Shown here: one piece after another, positions 41,891 to 51,700 of the stretch
Layout: each line of letters begins with the position of its first letter
Numbering within the stretch: position 1 is the first letter of the stretch
DNA from: a virus
Reading direction: 5' to 3' (one strand)
IMG/VR virus record: IMGVR_UViG_3300028827_000100
Location: 41,879 to 105,878 of that record
DNA: 64,000 nt
The notes under the pieces: generated by a model
Databases searched by the model: none
What the model was told of the DNA's origin: nothing
What the model saw: only the letters and a program-made list of their open reading frames with translations
Made by a program: the position numbers and the translations under genes

Positions 41891-43294
41891 ATGGCAAAAA
41901 TAGACATTACACTTCAGGAAGTGGGCTTTTCTGCATATCTTCTCGACAGCATTATCTCTTTATTGATATGGGATACGGATTTTTTGAAGCGATGCAGGAA
42001 CATAATACCGATAGAGATTTTTGAGGGTAGCAGGAAAGACATTGTCACCATATGTTACAACTATCTTGATGAGTATGGAGAGGCTCCAGAGAATTATATA
42101 CTTGATGTAACAGAGGAGTACCTCGCAAAAAGAAAGAACAGAAGAAAAGTTGTATTGAAATATCTCAATAATGTAATGCAAGTTGAGCCTAAAAAAGAAT
42201 ATGTATTGAGTAAACTGGGTTCTTTTGTAAAGAAGGAAATCTGTAGCAGAGCAATAGAATCCGCAAAAGAGCTTGTTGATAAGGGGAAAGATACGGAGGC
42301 TCAAAAGTTAATTCTCTCGAAATTCAGAGAGGCAAATCTCATTACCGCAGAAAATGTTGTTGACATTCTTGCGGAAGGTTTTACAATAAGCAGGTATAGT
42401 GATGATGAAATAAATTTTAAAACTTTCATAGACCCATACGATTCCGAAGTTGGGGGGTTTTACAGGGGTGAGACAGTTCTTGTCTTTGGCGATTCTAATG
42501 TTGGAAAATCGTGGGCAATGGTTCACTTTGCTAAAGTTGCTTTGTTGCAGGGAAAGAAGGTTTTGTATTATACACTGGAAACTCCGGCAAGAGTAATTCA
42601 AAAAAGATTTGCTATGGCGATTACCGGAACAAAAATATATATGAATCCTGAACAGGAAGAAAAAGAAATAATTGTAGGTGGTAAAAAGAAAAAGGCTGAA
42701 AGATTTTCGGAAGAAAAGTTTGTTTCTGTTTTGGATTTTTTGAGGGCACGACGTGGCAAGTTGTGGTTGATGAATCCGCATCACCTGAAATTTTCTGATA
42801 TAGTTGCTCAAGTTGACAATCTTGAAGTTACATATAACACAATACCGGATGTTGTGATAATCGACAGTCCAGACCAAATGATGCACGAATCCAAATATAA
42901 AGAGTATCGACATAATGAACTGGAATTGTACAAGAGTTTGCTTGCTTTCAATCAGGAAAGAGATACAACTTTGATTATTACAACACAGGCTGGTAGACAG
43001 GCAGGGAAGAAACAGATAGTGAGGGGGCATGACATAGCAGAAGGTTATGGGAAATTCAGGGTGGTGGATACGGTTTTTACCCTCATGCAAACACCGGAAG
43101 AATATAAACGTGGTATAGTTAGGATGTTGCATGAAAAGAGCAGAGGGGAATCAAAGTATATGATGATGGAAATAACTCAGGCTCTTGATATTGGACAGTT
43201 TTGTTTGACTGCAAAAAGAATAAAAATGTCTGATATTGGTAAGGGTGAGGCTAAAAAGATATTGAAAAAGATTGCAAGGGGTAGTTCTAAATGA
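41891..43294 (+). CDS. Replicative DnaB-like helicase
   Basis: Walker A GDSNVGKS, YYTLE, VIIDSPD, TTQAGR, EKSR. Confidence 0.88.
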   Translation: MAKIDITLQEVGFSAYLLDSIISLLIWDTDFLKRCRNIIPIEIFEGSRKDIVTICYNYLDEYGEAPENYILDVTEEYLAKRKNRRKVVLKYLNNVMQVEPKKEYVLSKLGSFVKKEICSRAIESAKELVDKGKDTEAQKLILSKFREANLITAENVVDILAEGFTISRYSDDEINFKTFIDPYDSEVGGFYRGETVLVFGDSNVGKSWAMVHFAKVALLQGKKVLYYTLETPARVIQKRFAMAITGTKIYMNPEQEEKEIIVGGKKKKAERFSEEKFVSVLDFLRARRGKLWLMNPHHLKFSDIVAQVDNLEVTYNTIPDVVIIDSPDQMMHESKYKEYRHNELELYKSLLAFNQERDTTLIITTQAGRQAGKKQIVRGHDIAEGYGKFRVVDTVFTLMQTPEEYKRGIVRMLHEKSRGESKYMMMEITQALDIGQFCLTAKRIKMSDIGKGEAKKILKKIARGSSK

Positions 43295-44796
43295 GAGATG
43301 ACAAACCTATTTATGGGTATGAAATAAAGAAATATAGGAATGAGCTTACAGAAGATGTATTGCATAAAATCATAATGAGTGTTGCGCCAGAAGGATTCAA
43401 GTTTTATGTCAAACCGTTTTACCATCAATATCTGTCGATAGCCTTTTGTCTTCAATTTGACAGTGCCGGGCTTTACCTTGGCATGGGTACTGGTAAGACA
43501 AAGACGGTTATAGAGTTGTTAAGGATTATGGGAATACGCAACAGAATATTGTTTATTACTGTTTCAAGTGCTGTGTATCAGATTGAGGATCAGTTCAAAC
43601 AACATGCCGGCAACGAATATAATACAATTGTGATAGACAGCAGTATAAAGGATAATGAGTGTGAAGAAATTATTGAGTGTAATGACTATGATGTATTCAT
43701 AACTTATTATGAAAGAATTGTCCCGTATGGTGGAAATAGCGATAACGATTATATCAATCCAATTTTCGACAGAGATTGGAACGCTCTTATTATAGATGAA
43801 AGCAGAAAAATAATGAATCCTAAAAGCAAGAAAACTAAAGCTGTATTAAATCTTTCATTGCGCTCAAAACACAGGTTTGCTCTTGCAGGTATGCCGGTGG
43901 CAAAAAATCTGTATGAGATATTTACACAGCAATTTGCAATTGACCATGGATTGATGTTTGGGGATTCATATAACAATTTTATGAATACTTACTTTGTAAA
44001 GCACAAAACGTGGGGCGGATATAACATATTTCTACCGAGGGCTGGTTCGGAAGAAAAGATACATAAAAAAATGTATACTATGGCGGTAAGGTTCAGGCAG
44101 GAAGAGATAGAGGATATGCCGGAAAAAATGTATCAAACAAGGTATATAACTCTTGACGGAGACCAGAAGAGGCATTATGAAGATTTAAGAGTTAATGCAC
44201 AGGGAATAATTGTGGAGAGTAAGAACAAATATTTTGTTGTTAAGTCAATACTAACAAAGTTTCATCAAATATGCGGAGGGTATTTAAAACATGACGGTGG
44301 CATAAAAGAATTTAAAACAAATGTAAAGTTGCAAGCCCTTCTCGACATTCTTGACGAAGCACCTGATGAGAAGTTTCTTGTTTTTTGCTCTTATCAGGCA
44401 GAGCAAAAAGGTATCGTGAAATTCTTGAAGAAGAACAAAATTAAAGTAGGGTGTATAATACACGATACAGACAAGAAGGAAATATTCAATATACAAAAGG
44501 AATTTAACGAGGGTGACAAAATAAGAGTTCTTGTTTGCAGTTACTATATTGCTGGCAGGGCTCTTGATCTTTATGGTGCATCTAACGTTGTAATGTATTC
44601 AATGAATTTCGACTATGAAATAATGATGCAGGCCGAAGACAGAGTTAGAAGGCCGCAACAAAAAAAGAAAGTCGTGAAGTATATAAGACTTGTTTGTAGA
44701 AACACGGTTGATGAGAAATTACTTGAAAGTGCTGAAGCTGACAAGAACTTTGTGGATAGGGTGGTAGAGGGCAAGAACATACTTGACTATATATAG
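43291..44796 (+). CDS. SNF2-like superfamily 2 helicase
   Basis: MGTGKT, IIDES, QAEDRVRR, TVDEK. Confidence 0.85.
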   Translation: MRDDKPIYGYEIKKYRNELTEDVLHKIIMSVAPEGFKFYVKPFYHQYLSIAFCLQFDSAGLYLGMGTGKTKTVIELLRIMGIRNRILFITVSSAVYQIEDQFKQHAGNEYNTIVIDSSIKDNECEEIIECNDYDVFITYYERIVPYGGNSDNDYINPIFDRDWNALIIDESRKIMNPKSKKTKAVLNLSLRSKHRFALAGMPVAKNLYEIFTQQFAIDHGLMFGDSYNNFMNTYFVKHKTWGGYNIFLPRAGSEEKIHKKMYTMAVRFRQEEIEDMPEKMYQTRYITLDGDQKRHYEDLRVNAQGIIVESKNKYFVVKSILTKFHQICGGYLKHDGGIKEFKTNVKLQALLDILDEAPDEKFLVFCSYQAEQKGIVKFLKKNKIKVGCIIHDTDKKEIFNIQKEFNEGDKIRVLVCSYYIAGRALDLYGASNVVMYSMNFDYEIMMQAEDRVRRPQQKKKVVKYIRLVCRNTVDEKLLESAEADKNFVDRVVEGKNILDYI

Positions 44797-44804
44797 GGGG
44801 AGGT

Positions 44805-45605
44805 ATGGAGCTGAATAAAAAATTAAGGAGTAAAATAGAGAAATATATTTATTATGAGGATGAAAATGTTTTATTGTTGCACGGGAACTCATTTGAGATA
44901 TTACCCATGTTTGATAATATTGTTTTTGAACTTGTGTTGACGGATCCACCTTATGATTTTGGGAATAGAATTTTGGGTGGTGGCTTCTATAAGTCCGGTG
45001 TGAAAGGTGGCAGAAAATATTTAAAGAAGCTAAAAAAATTGAATAGTGTCAAATTTAATCCAAAATTATTTCTGGATATGTTCAAGTATAGGCAAGGCGT
45101 CTTTTTCTGCAATAAAAAACTGTTACCAGAATATATTAAACATGTCTTGAAAAGAAAGATGTCGTATGATATACATTTTATGTGGAAGGAAAATCCAATA
45201 CCAGCAAAGAGCAATCATTTTATGAGTGATGTTGAATATATCGTTTTTATAAAATTTAAAAAGGCGTATTTCAATCAACATAATAGTATTGAGGATTATA
45301 AGAAGGTATTTAGAACTGTTAGTAAGGCAAACAATCTTCATCCGGCGGAAAAGCCAGTGGCCGTAATGGAGAAATATGTTAGAGTGTTATGTCCAGAGGG
45401 TGAAATTGTATTCGACCCATTTATTGGTTCTGGCGCTACTGCAATTGCGTCTGTATGCAATGGAAGGAAGTGTATAGGAATAGAGAAAGATAAGAAATAT
45501 CTCGATATAACAATACAAAGACTTCAAACAGTCACAAACAGTTTTCTGTCTATTGGGAAAAGTAAAAAAGGGTGGAGGCCAACCAAAAGCATGTTTGGAG
45601 CATAA
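44805..45605 (+). CDS. Orphan DNA N4-cytosine/N6-adenine methyltransferase (beta-class motif order)
   Basis: TDPPY before HPAEKP and DPFIGSG; no adjacent restriction endonuclease. Confidence 0.9.
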   Translation: MELNKKLRSKIEKYIYYEDENVLLLHGNSFEILPMFDNIVFELVLTDPPYDFGNRILGGGFYKSGVKGGRKYLKKLKKLNSVKFNPKLFLDMFKYRQGVFFCNKKLLPEYIKHVLKRKMSYDIHFMWKENPIPAKSNHFMSDVEYIVFIKFKKAYFNQHNSIEDYKKVFRTVSKANNLHPAEKPVAVMEKYVRVLCPEGEIVFDPFIGSGATAIASVCNGRKCIGIEKDKKYLDITIQRLQTVTNSFLSIGKSKKGWRPTKSMFGA

Positions 45606-45606
45606 A

Positions 45607-46575
45607 ATGTTTGACCTTGTTTCTTATATAGAGTCAATAGGTGTGGATTACAAGCCAAGCGGTACTAATATTATGAAAAATCACATTGGTATCAATTGCA
45701 TGTTTTGTGGTGACGATCCTACCTATCATTTGAATGTAAAAGTGGATGGGACTCATGCCCTGTGTTTTAGGTGTGGTAAGAGGCTATTTGGGCCGTATGC
45801 AATACTTAAAATATTTGAGGGGGATATAACAAGATACAGGTATGCGGAAATAATACAGGAATATCCGTTTGACGGGGAAGTGGATGAACGTAACTATGAT
45901 GATTCTGACGGTGAAATAATAACACGCCGCAGGATATTTAGGACTGTATGGAATGATTTTAAATCCTTCACTTTCAATAGTAAGAAGGAAAGAAAGTTTT
46001 TGAAATATTTGAAGGGGAGGCATATAAGGAAAGACACAATCAAGAGTCTCGATATTAGATGGGCTGATAATGGAATATATAAGAACAGGGTCATTATACC
46101 CATAAGGCATCATGATGATGGAGAGGTTGTCAATTTTGTTGCAAGGTCTATATTCAAACAGGTTGAGCCAAAGTATAGGAATTGTCCTAATGATATTTGT
46201 GTATATACGGCTGGGAAGGTTTTGTTCGGGCTGTATGAATCAGGAGACTTAATAAAAAATAAGAATATGCTCGTAGTATGCGAGGGCGTGTTTGATTCTA
46301 TCAGATTAATTCAGGAAGGTGTGCCGTCTGTGGCTATTCTGAAAAAAGTAATAGCTGACGGTCAAATGGAAATTCTTTCTGGATTGGACAGGGGGATAAA
46401 AGTCATTCTCATGCTCGACAGTGAAGTTGATGAAACCGACAGGGATAAGATAGCAATATCATTATCAGAACTTTTTCATACGGTGATAAATGCAAAGTTG
46501 TCCGAGGGCGATCCGGCTGAAATGAGTGTTGATGATATTAAAGCATTGTTGTTGAAGCTAAAAAAATGGAGGTGA
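45607..46575 (+). CDS. DNA primase (Zn finger + Toprim)
   Basis: CMFC..CFRC, RVIIPI, PKYRN, VCEGVFD, MLDSE. Confidence 0.9.
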   Translation: MFDLVSYIESIGVDYKPSGTNIMKNHIGINCMFCGDDPTYHLNVKVDGTHALCFRCGKRLFGPYAILKIFEGDITRYRYAEIIQEYPFDGEVDERNYDDSDGEIITRRRIFRTVWNDFKSFTFNSKKERKFLKYLKGRHIRKDTIKSLDIRWADNGIYKNRVIIPIRHHDDGEVVNFVARSIFKQVEPKYRNCPNDICVYTAGKVLFGLYESGDLIKNKNMLVVCEGVFDSIRLIQEGVPSVAILKKVIADGQMEILSGLDRGIKVILMLDSEVDETDRDKIAISLSELFHTVINAKLSEGDPAEMSVDDIKALLLKLKKWR

Positions 46576-46653
46576 GTTGTGAAACAAAAAAACTCTCTTT
46601 TTGACGTTTGATAAGCAATAAGTATTTTTTATACAATTTAAAGAATTTTTAAA

Positions 46654-46682
46654 TTGACAGTGTTGCTTGAATGTTGTAAAAT
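46654..46682 (+). promoter_or_regulatory. Near-consensus sigma70 promoter
   Basis: TTGACA-17 nt-TAAAAT with AT-rich upstream element. Confidence 0.85.
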
Positions 46683-46712
46683 ATAAGCAAGAAAAAAGAA
46701 AGGAGGATGTAT

Positions 46713-47033
46713 ATGAAGATTAAGAAGATTGCAAAGAAGACCGCAAAGAAGAAGGATGCAAAGAAGAAGGATGCAAAGAAGAAGGACGCAAAGAAGGTCG
46801 CAAAGAAGGTCGCAAAGAAGGTCGCAAAGAGGGAGACCTACGCCTCCCTTTTCAGGGAGGGGACGCTTTCACACAGCGTTGCCCTCCTCCTTGATAAGGG
46901 GGAAAAGAAGGCGAAAATTGTCGCCTTCATAAGGAGGAAGAGAGGGTGCGACACACCCGTCGCTTCACACCACTTCCGGGGAATATTGTCGTCCATTCGC
47001 AGGAAGGGGGTTACTGTGGAAATGCCACAGTAA
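46713..47033 (+). CDS. Histone H1-like Lys/Ala-repeat protein with C-terminal winged-helix-like (DUF3489-like) domain
   Basis: (AKKKD)3(AKKV)3 tail; FREGT..VALLL..FRGILSSIRRKG; own promoter, AGGAGG RBS and terminator. Confidence 0.65.
   Translation: MKIKKIAKKTAKKKDAKKKDAKKKDAKKVAKKVAKKVAKRETYASLFREGTLSHSVALLLDKGEKKAKIVAFIRRKRGCDTPVASHHFRGILSSIRRKGVTVEMPQ
46731..46829 (+). repeat. Tandem 15-nt x3 and 12-nt x3 coding repeats
   Basis: GCAAAGAAGAAGGAY x3 then GCAAAGAAGGTC x3. Confidence 0.9.
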
Positions 47034-47055
47034 TCCCCCTCCTCAATCCACCCGC

Positions 47056-47081
47056 AAGCCCCGCTTCGGCGGGGCTTTTTT
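47056..47081 (+). terminator. Rho-independent terminator with UUCG tetraloop
   Basis: AAGCCCCGC-TTCG-GCGGGGCTT followed by a T run. Confidence 0.92.
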
Positions 47082-47119
47082 ATTGCGCAAAACTAAACTA
47101 ACTTTTAGGAGGTAAAAAA

Positions 47120-47383
47120 ATGGCTTGTAGACCGTCGTTTAACATATGGTTTTTAATGCGGCACCTGTGGTGGTGGAAGCAAAATGCTTTCTCAATAACA
47201 TGGTGGAAAACTGCAATCACATCAGGGTATCTCTGGAAAGATTCTGTTAGCTGTTATATTTACCGCTGGATAATATGCCCGCTGAAGGGCCATCAAGACC
47301 CTGTGTTGCTTGATGAAGAATCATTGTGTGACGGCGAAGCAAAAGTTTTTTGTTTTGCTTGTCAAAAGTATTTAGATTCCTGA
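47120..47383 (+). CDS. Hypothetical Trp-rich protein
   Basis: AGGAGG RBS; C..GH..CFAC. Confidence 0.5.
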   Translation: MACRPSFNIWFLMRHLWWWKQNAFSITWWKTAITSGYLWKDSVSCYIYRWIICPLKGHQDPVLLDEESLCDGEAKVFCFACQKYLDS

Positions 47384-47404
47384 ATAAAAGGAGAATTGCA
47401 AATA

Positions 47405-47593
47405 ATGAAACTTCTGTATTTAGAGATAGATAATTGCACAAAATGCCCTCATTTTGCTCATGAGTCGTTTTCTGATTGTTCGCATAAGGCGGGCTATTTT
47501 TGTTCTCTTTCAGGCAAACGAATTGCGAATGAGGATGATTACAAGTTGGGCATGTCGATTCCGAACTGGTGTGAATTGCCAGACAAAGATTAA
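47405..47593 (+). CDS. Small Cys-rich protein
   Basis: CTKCPH..C..C..IPNWCELPD. Confidence 0.55.
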   Translation: MKLLYLEIDNCTKCPHFAHESFSDCSHKAGYFCSLSGKRIANEDDYKLGMSIPNWCELPDKD

Positions 47594-47608
47594 AGGAGGT
47601 AAAAAACA

Positions 47609-48706
47609 ATGAAATGTGGAGAACTGCAAAAAATTCTTAAAAAGGTTAAAGTTGTGATGTCAGAGCAATCTTTGTCAAAACCTCGCATATCTTTCGATGG
47701 AAAGAGGTTGATAGCGTGTAATGGAACTGTATATATTTCGTTACCTTTTGAGGGTGATATATCATCTTGTATTGTAGATTATAAAACTATATCGTCTATA
47801 ATTAATGGCATATCACAGGTAAAGAAAATCAAGATGTACACCAAATCTGAAATGCTGATTATAAAAGCCGGTATGTCAACTTTCAAAATACCACTTGTTA
47901 CTGGCGAAGAAATTGCTACTTTCAATGCTATGGTTGACAGTATCAAGAAAAAGAAAACAGAGAAGACAATTATGATGACAGGCAGTGCATGGTCTTTACT
48001 TGATAAAATGCTCCCATATTCAGTTCCGAAATTTGGGACAATGTATCCGTCTGGCGTTTATGTTTACAAAGGAAATTTCATTACACACAATGGTGTAGTT
48101 GGAATGATTGCAGGAGCGGATGTATCAAAATCTGAAAGATTTTTTATACCGCATATTTTTTGCAAAGCAGTAATGGGCGCGTATGAAGATGAGGGTGTGC
48201 CAAGTGCAAAAATTGGCATAGGTGATGATGTGATGAGTTTTAAAAAATCGGATATAGTTATTTTGAGCACTCTTGTGAAAGATTTGAACATAAGCACGTT
48301 TGAATTGATAGGCGATATTGTAAAACATGCAAAGAAAATTTCAAAGAATGGAAAGAATGCCATACAGATAAATGATAAATTTAAAAGGGAAGTGGGCTAT
48401 ATGGATTTGGTTCTTGCGCAGGAAAGTTCGGAATATGACCGGGTTGGCACAGTTAGTATCGAAAATGGGAAAGCTGTTTTTACTGTTGATAGTGCTCAAT
48501 GCAACTATCATGGCGTGTTGAAAGTCGAAAACAAATCAGCAAAGTGGGATGCTAAATTTCATGTATCTTTGGCATTGCCACTCATAAATGATTGCAACAG
48601 GGTTACGCTCGTTAAATATGAAAAGATAAATGTTTTATATTTAAACAATGAATCTTTTGATATTGTGGTTGCGACTATCAAAGACAGGGAAGGTGAAAAA
48701 GAATGA
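47609..48706 (+). CDS. DNA sliding clamp (Pol III beta-like), divergent
   Basis: 365 aa, alternating alpha/beta pattern, LIACNG, directly upstream of DnaE. Confidence 0.65.
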   Translation: MKCGELQKILKKVKVVMSEQSLSKPRISFDGKRLIACNGTVYISLPFEGDISSCIVDYKTISSIINGISQVKKIKMYTKSEMLIIKAGMSTFKIPLVTGEEIATFNAMVDSIKKKKTEKTIMMTGSAWSLLDKMLPYSVPKFGTMYPSGVYVYKGNFITHNGVVGMIAGADVSKSERFFIPHIFCKAVMGAYEDEGVPSAKIGIGDDVMSFKKSDIVILSTLVKDLNISTFELIGDIVKHAKKISKNGKNAIQINDKFKREVGYMDLVLAQESSEYDRVGTVSIENGKAVFTVDSAQCNYHGVLKVENKSAKWDAKFHVSLALPLINDCNRVTLVKYEKINVLYLNNESFDIVVATIKDREGEKE

Positions 48707-51700
48707 TACACCTCCATGTACATTCAGATTACAGTCTGCTTGATGGGTTGTGTAAAATAGACTCTCTTTTCGAGAAAGCAAAAGAGGCTGAACACGAGGC
48801 GATTGCAATAACAGACCACGGCAATCTTGATTGCTATGTTAAAGCCTTGAAAGCATCTCAAAAATACGGGGTTAAATATATACCTGCTGTTGAGATGTAT
48901 CTTGCAAACAACGTTCATAAAGTTGAGCCGAAAGAAAAATACAGGCATTTATGCCTGTACGCCCTTAACATGGATGGGTTGTCAGAGCTGTTCAGAATAC
49001 TTGGGTATGCAAATCAGAAGTTTGTAAGAAAGCCTATTGTGGATATTGATACTTTAACAAAAGATTTTGACCTTACAAACATTGCCGTGAGCACGGCGTG
49101 TTTGTATGGTATATTGTCGTATAACAACTGTGAAGAACAGATAGAAAAACTCATTGATGCCACAGACAATCTGTTTATTGAAATAATGCCGCACAACATT
49201 GATGAACAGGTACAAATGAACGAAAGGGCTGTTTTTGTAGCGGAAGACTACAACCTTCCGCTAATAGCAACTAATGATGTTCATTATATAGAAGCAGAGC
49301 ACGTGAACAGTCACGATGTTTTGCTTGCAATAAACACAAACAGAAAAGTAAATGACAAGGACAGGTTCAGGTTCAAGATACGTTCATTATATTACTGTAC
49401 TGAAGATGAGATGCTGAAGATGTTTAGAAAACAAAAATCAGTCAGGATTGCAACTGCTGTTAAAGCCATTGATAATACCAATCGCCTGTGTGAACTTGTT
49501 GATTTTAAATCTTTTGGTGGATATGGTGTAGAGTTAAATGTTTCAGGGTATAAGAGAAAGAATTTTATGCGTCTGATAGAGATGAGATTCAGAAACATTC
49601 TCAAGAAAATTCCTGCGCACAAAAAAGAGATTTACAGGGAAAGACTAAAAAAGGAGCTTGATTTGATTGTAAGAAAAAAATTTGATACGTATTTTTACGT
49701 TGTTTATGACATTATAAAATATGCAAGAAACAATGGAATTTATGTGGGATGCGGTCGTGGAAGCGTTGGCGGGTCACTACTTGCATATGTACTTGGAATA
49801 ACAACGGTTGACCCTATTAAATTTGGCCTGTCCTTTGAAAGGTTTATTGCAGAAGACAGAATAGATTTGCCGGATATAGATATGGATTTTGAAGATAGAA
49901 AGAGAGATATTGTTATACAGTATATATCTGAAAAATATGGAAGGGATGGGACGTGTAACATTTCAACATTCGGTCAGTTGAAACCGAAAGGTGTTATAAG
50001 GGATGTGGCAAGAATACATGACGTTTCACGCAAAGACATAGACATGGTTTCAAAAAATCTTATCAAGGTTTCAGATGACGACAACGTTGAAAAACTTGCA
50101 GAGGAGAATGAAGTTGTTGCAGATTTTTTCATGAAATACCCGGAGCTACTTGAACATTCAAAGAATCTCGAAAACGTCATTCGCAATTCCGGTGTTCATG
50201 CCGCTGGGATAGTTGTGTGCGAACAGGACATAAATGAAACGGGGAGGGGGTATCTTGTAAAGAGAAACAATAAGTATGTGTTAAACTGGGATAAAGATGA
50301 TGCAGAGTATATGGGCTTTATCAAATATGATATTCTTGGCCTTAATACTTTAACGGTTATTTCTGAATGTATAAGGCTTATAGAGGAGAGGCATGGTGAA
50401 TTTGTAGACGTATACAGTTTGCCCCTGAATGACAGGAAAACTCTCTCTCTTTTTGAGAAGGGTGATACTACTGGAGTATTCCAGTTTTCATCGGGTGGAA
50501 TGAAACAGCTTTTAAAGAATTTTGGCATAGATAAGTTTCACGACCTATGCGTTATCAATGCGTTATACAGGCCCGGTACTCTTGGCGGGGGTATTCACGA
50601 AAAATATATTTCAGTAAAACGTGGTGAGGATGAACCTAATTTTTATGGCTCTGAAGCATACAGAAGGGTAACAAAGAATACTTATGGATTCATTATTTAT
50701 CAGGAACAGTTACTAAAAGTTTTTACCGAATTTGGATTTACATATTCGGAAGCAGATAAGATAAGAAAGATATGCTCTAAAAAGAAGGGTAAAAGTGAAA
50801 TAGTTAAATACAAGAAAAGGTTTGTAGAGTATGCAGTAAAAAATGCTGGTATGAAAAAGAGTGATGCATCGGACTTATTTGATACTCTCGAAAATTTTGC
50901 CGAATATGCGTTTAACCTTGCCCATGCAACGGAATATGCAATGATAGGATACTGGACTGCATATTTAAAATGTCATTATTACGATGAGTATATGCAGTCT
51001 CTTTTGACATATGGCAGTGAACACAACAGGCAGGAATATATAGATGAATTAATGAGCAGGGGATACAAATTTAGAAATGTGAATATAAACAGGTCAAGTG
51101 CTATAGATTGGGTTGTTTTGGATGGAGAAGTTTATCTTCCCTTTATTTCAATCCTTGGAATAGGGGAAAAGGCCGCCCGTGTTCTTGAGCAAGCGAGAAA
51201 TCTGCATGGAGAAATCAGTACGCCGGAACAACTCTTTCAGGTTGTCCCGGACAGAAAAGCGGTAAATAAAAGGATTGTGAATTTGCTTATTGATGCAGGT
51301 GCTTTTGATGACAATTCTAAAATAAAAAAGGAAATGCTCAAAGTAAAAATAACATTTGCAGAAGAAGTGCTTGATTTATACAGGAGATGGTTGTCTTCGA
51401 ACAATGCGGGTCTTGTTAAGGTGCAAAAGAAACTCAAAGATGGGAAGAAAGTGATAGTTAATTTTGTAGAGGACGATTTGAATGAGAATGTTTTTGTGAA
51501 TGTCAAACACGATACTTATGCCTCTATTGCAGAAGGTGATTTGTATTATGCCGGTTTTTCTGGTAAAAACATGCTTGGCATTGCTACAACAGAACAAATG
51601 CGCAAGCTCGAACTTGATTCTACCGGAGCGAATATACAGGTTATATCAGGAATTGAAGATGCAAGTGTGGTCAGAAGAAAGATTAAGAAATGTTCAAGGT

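Noticed and set aside
46731-46829. Short tandem repeats as a possible CRISPR array
   Set aside because: No spacers; unit lengths are multiples of 3 and encode Lys/Ala repeats (same for 55235-55309)
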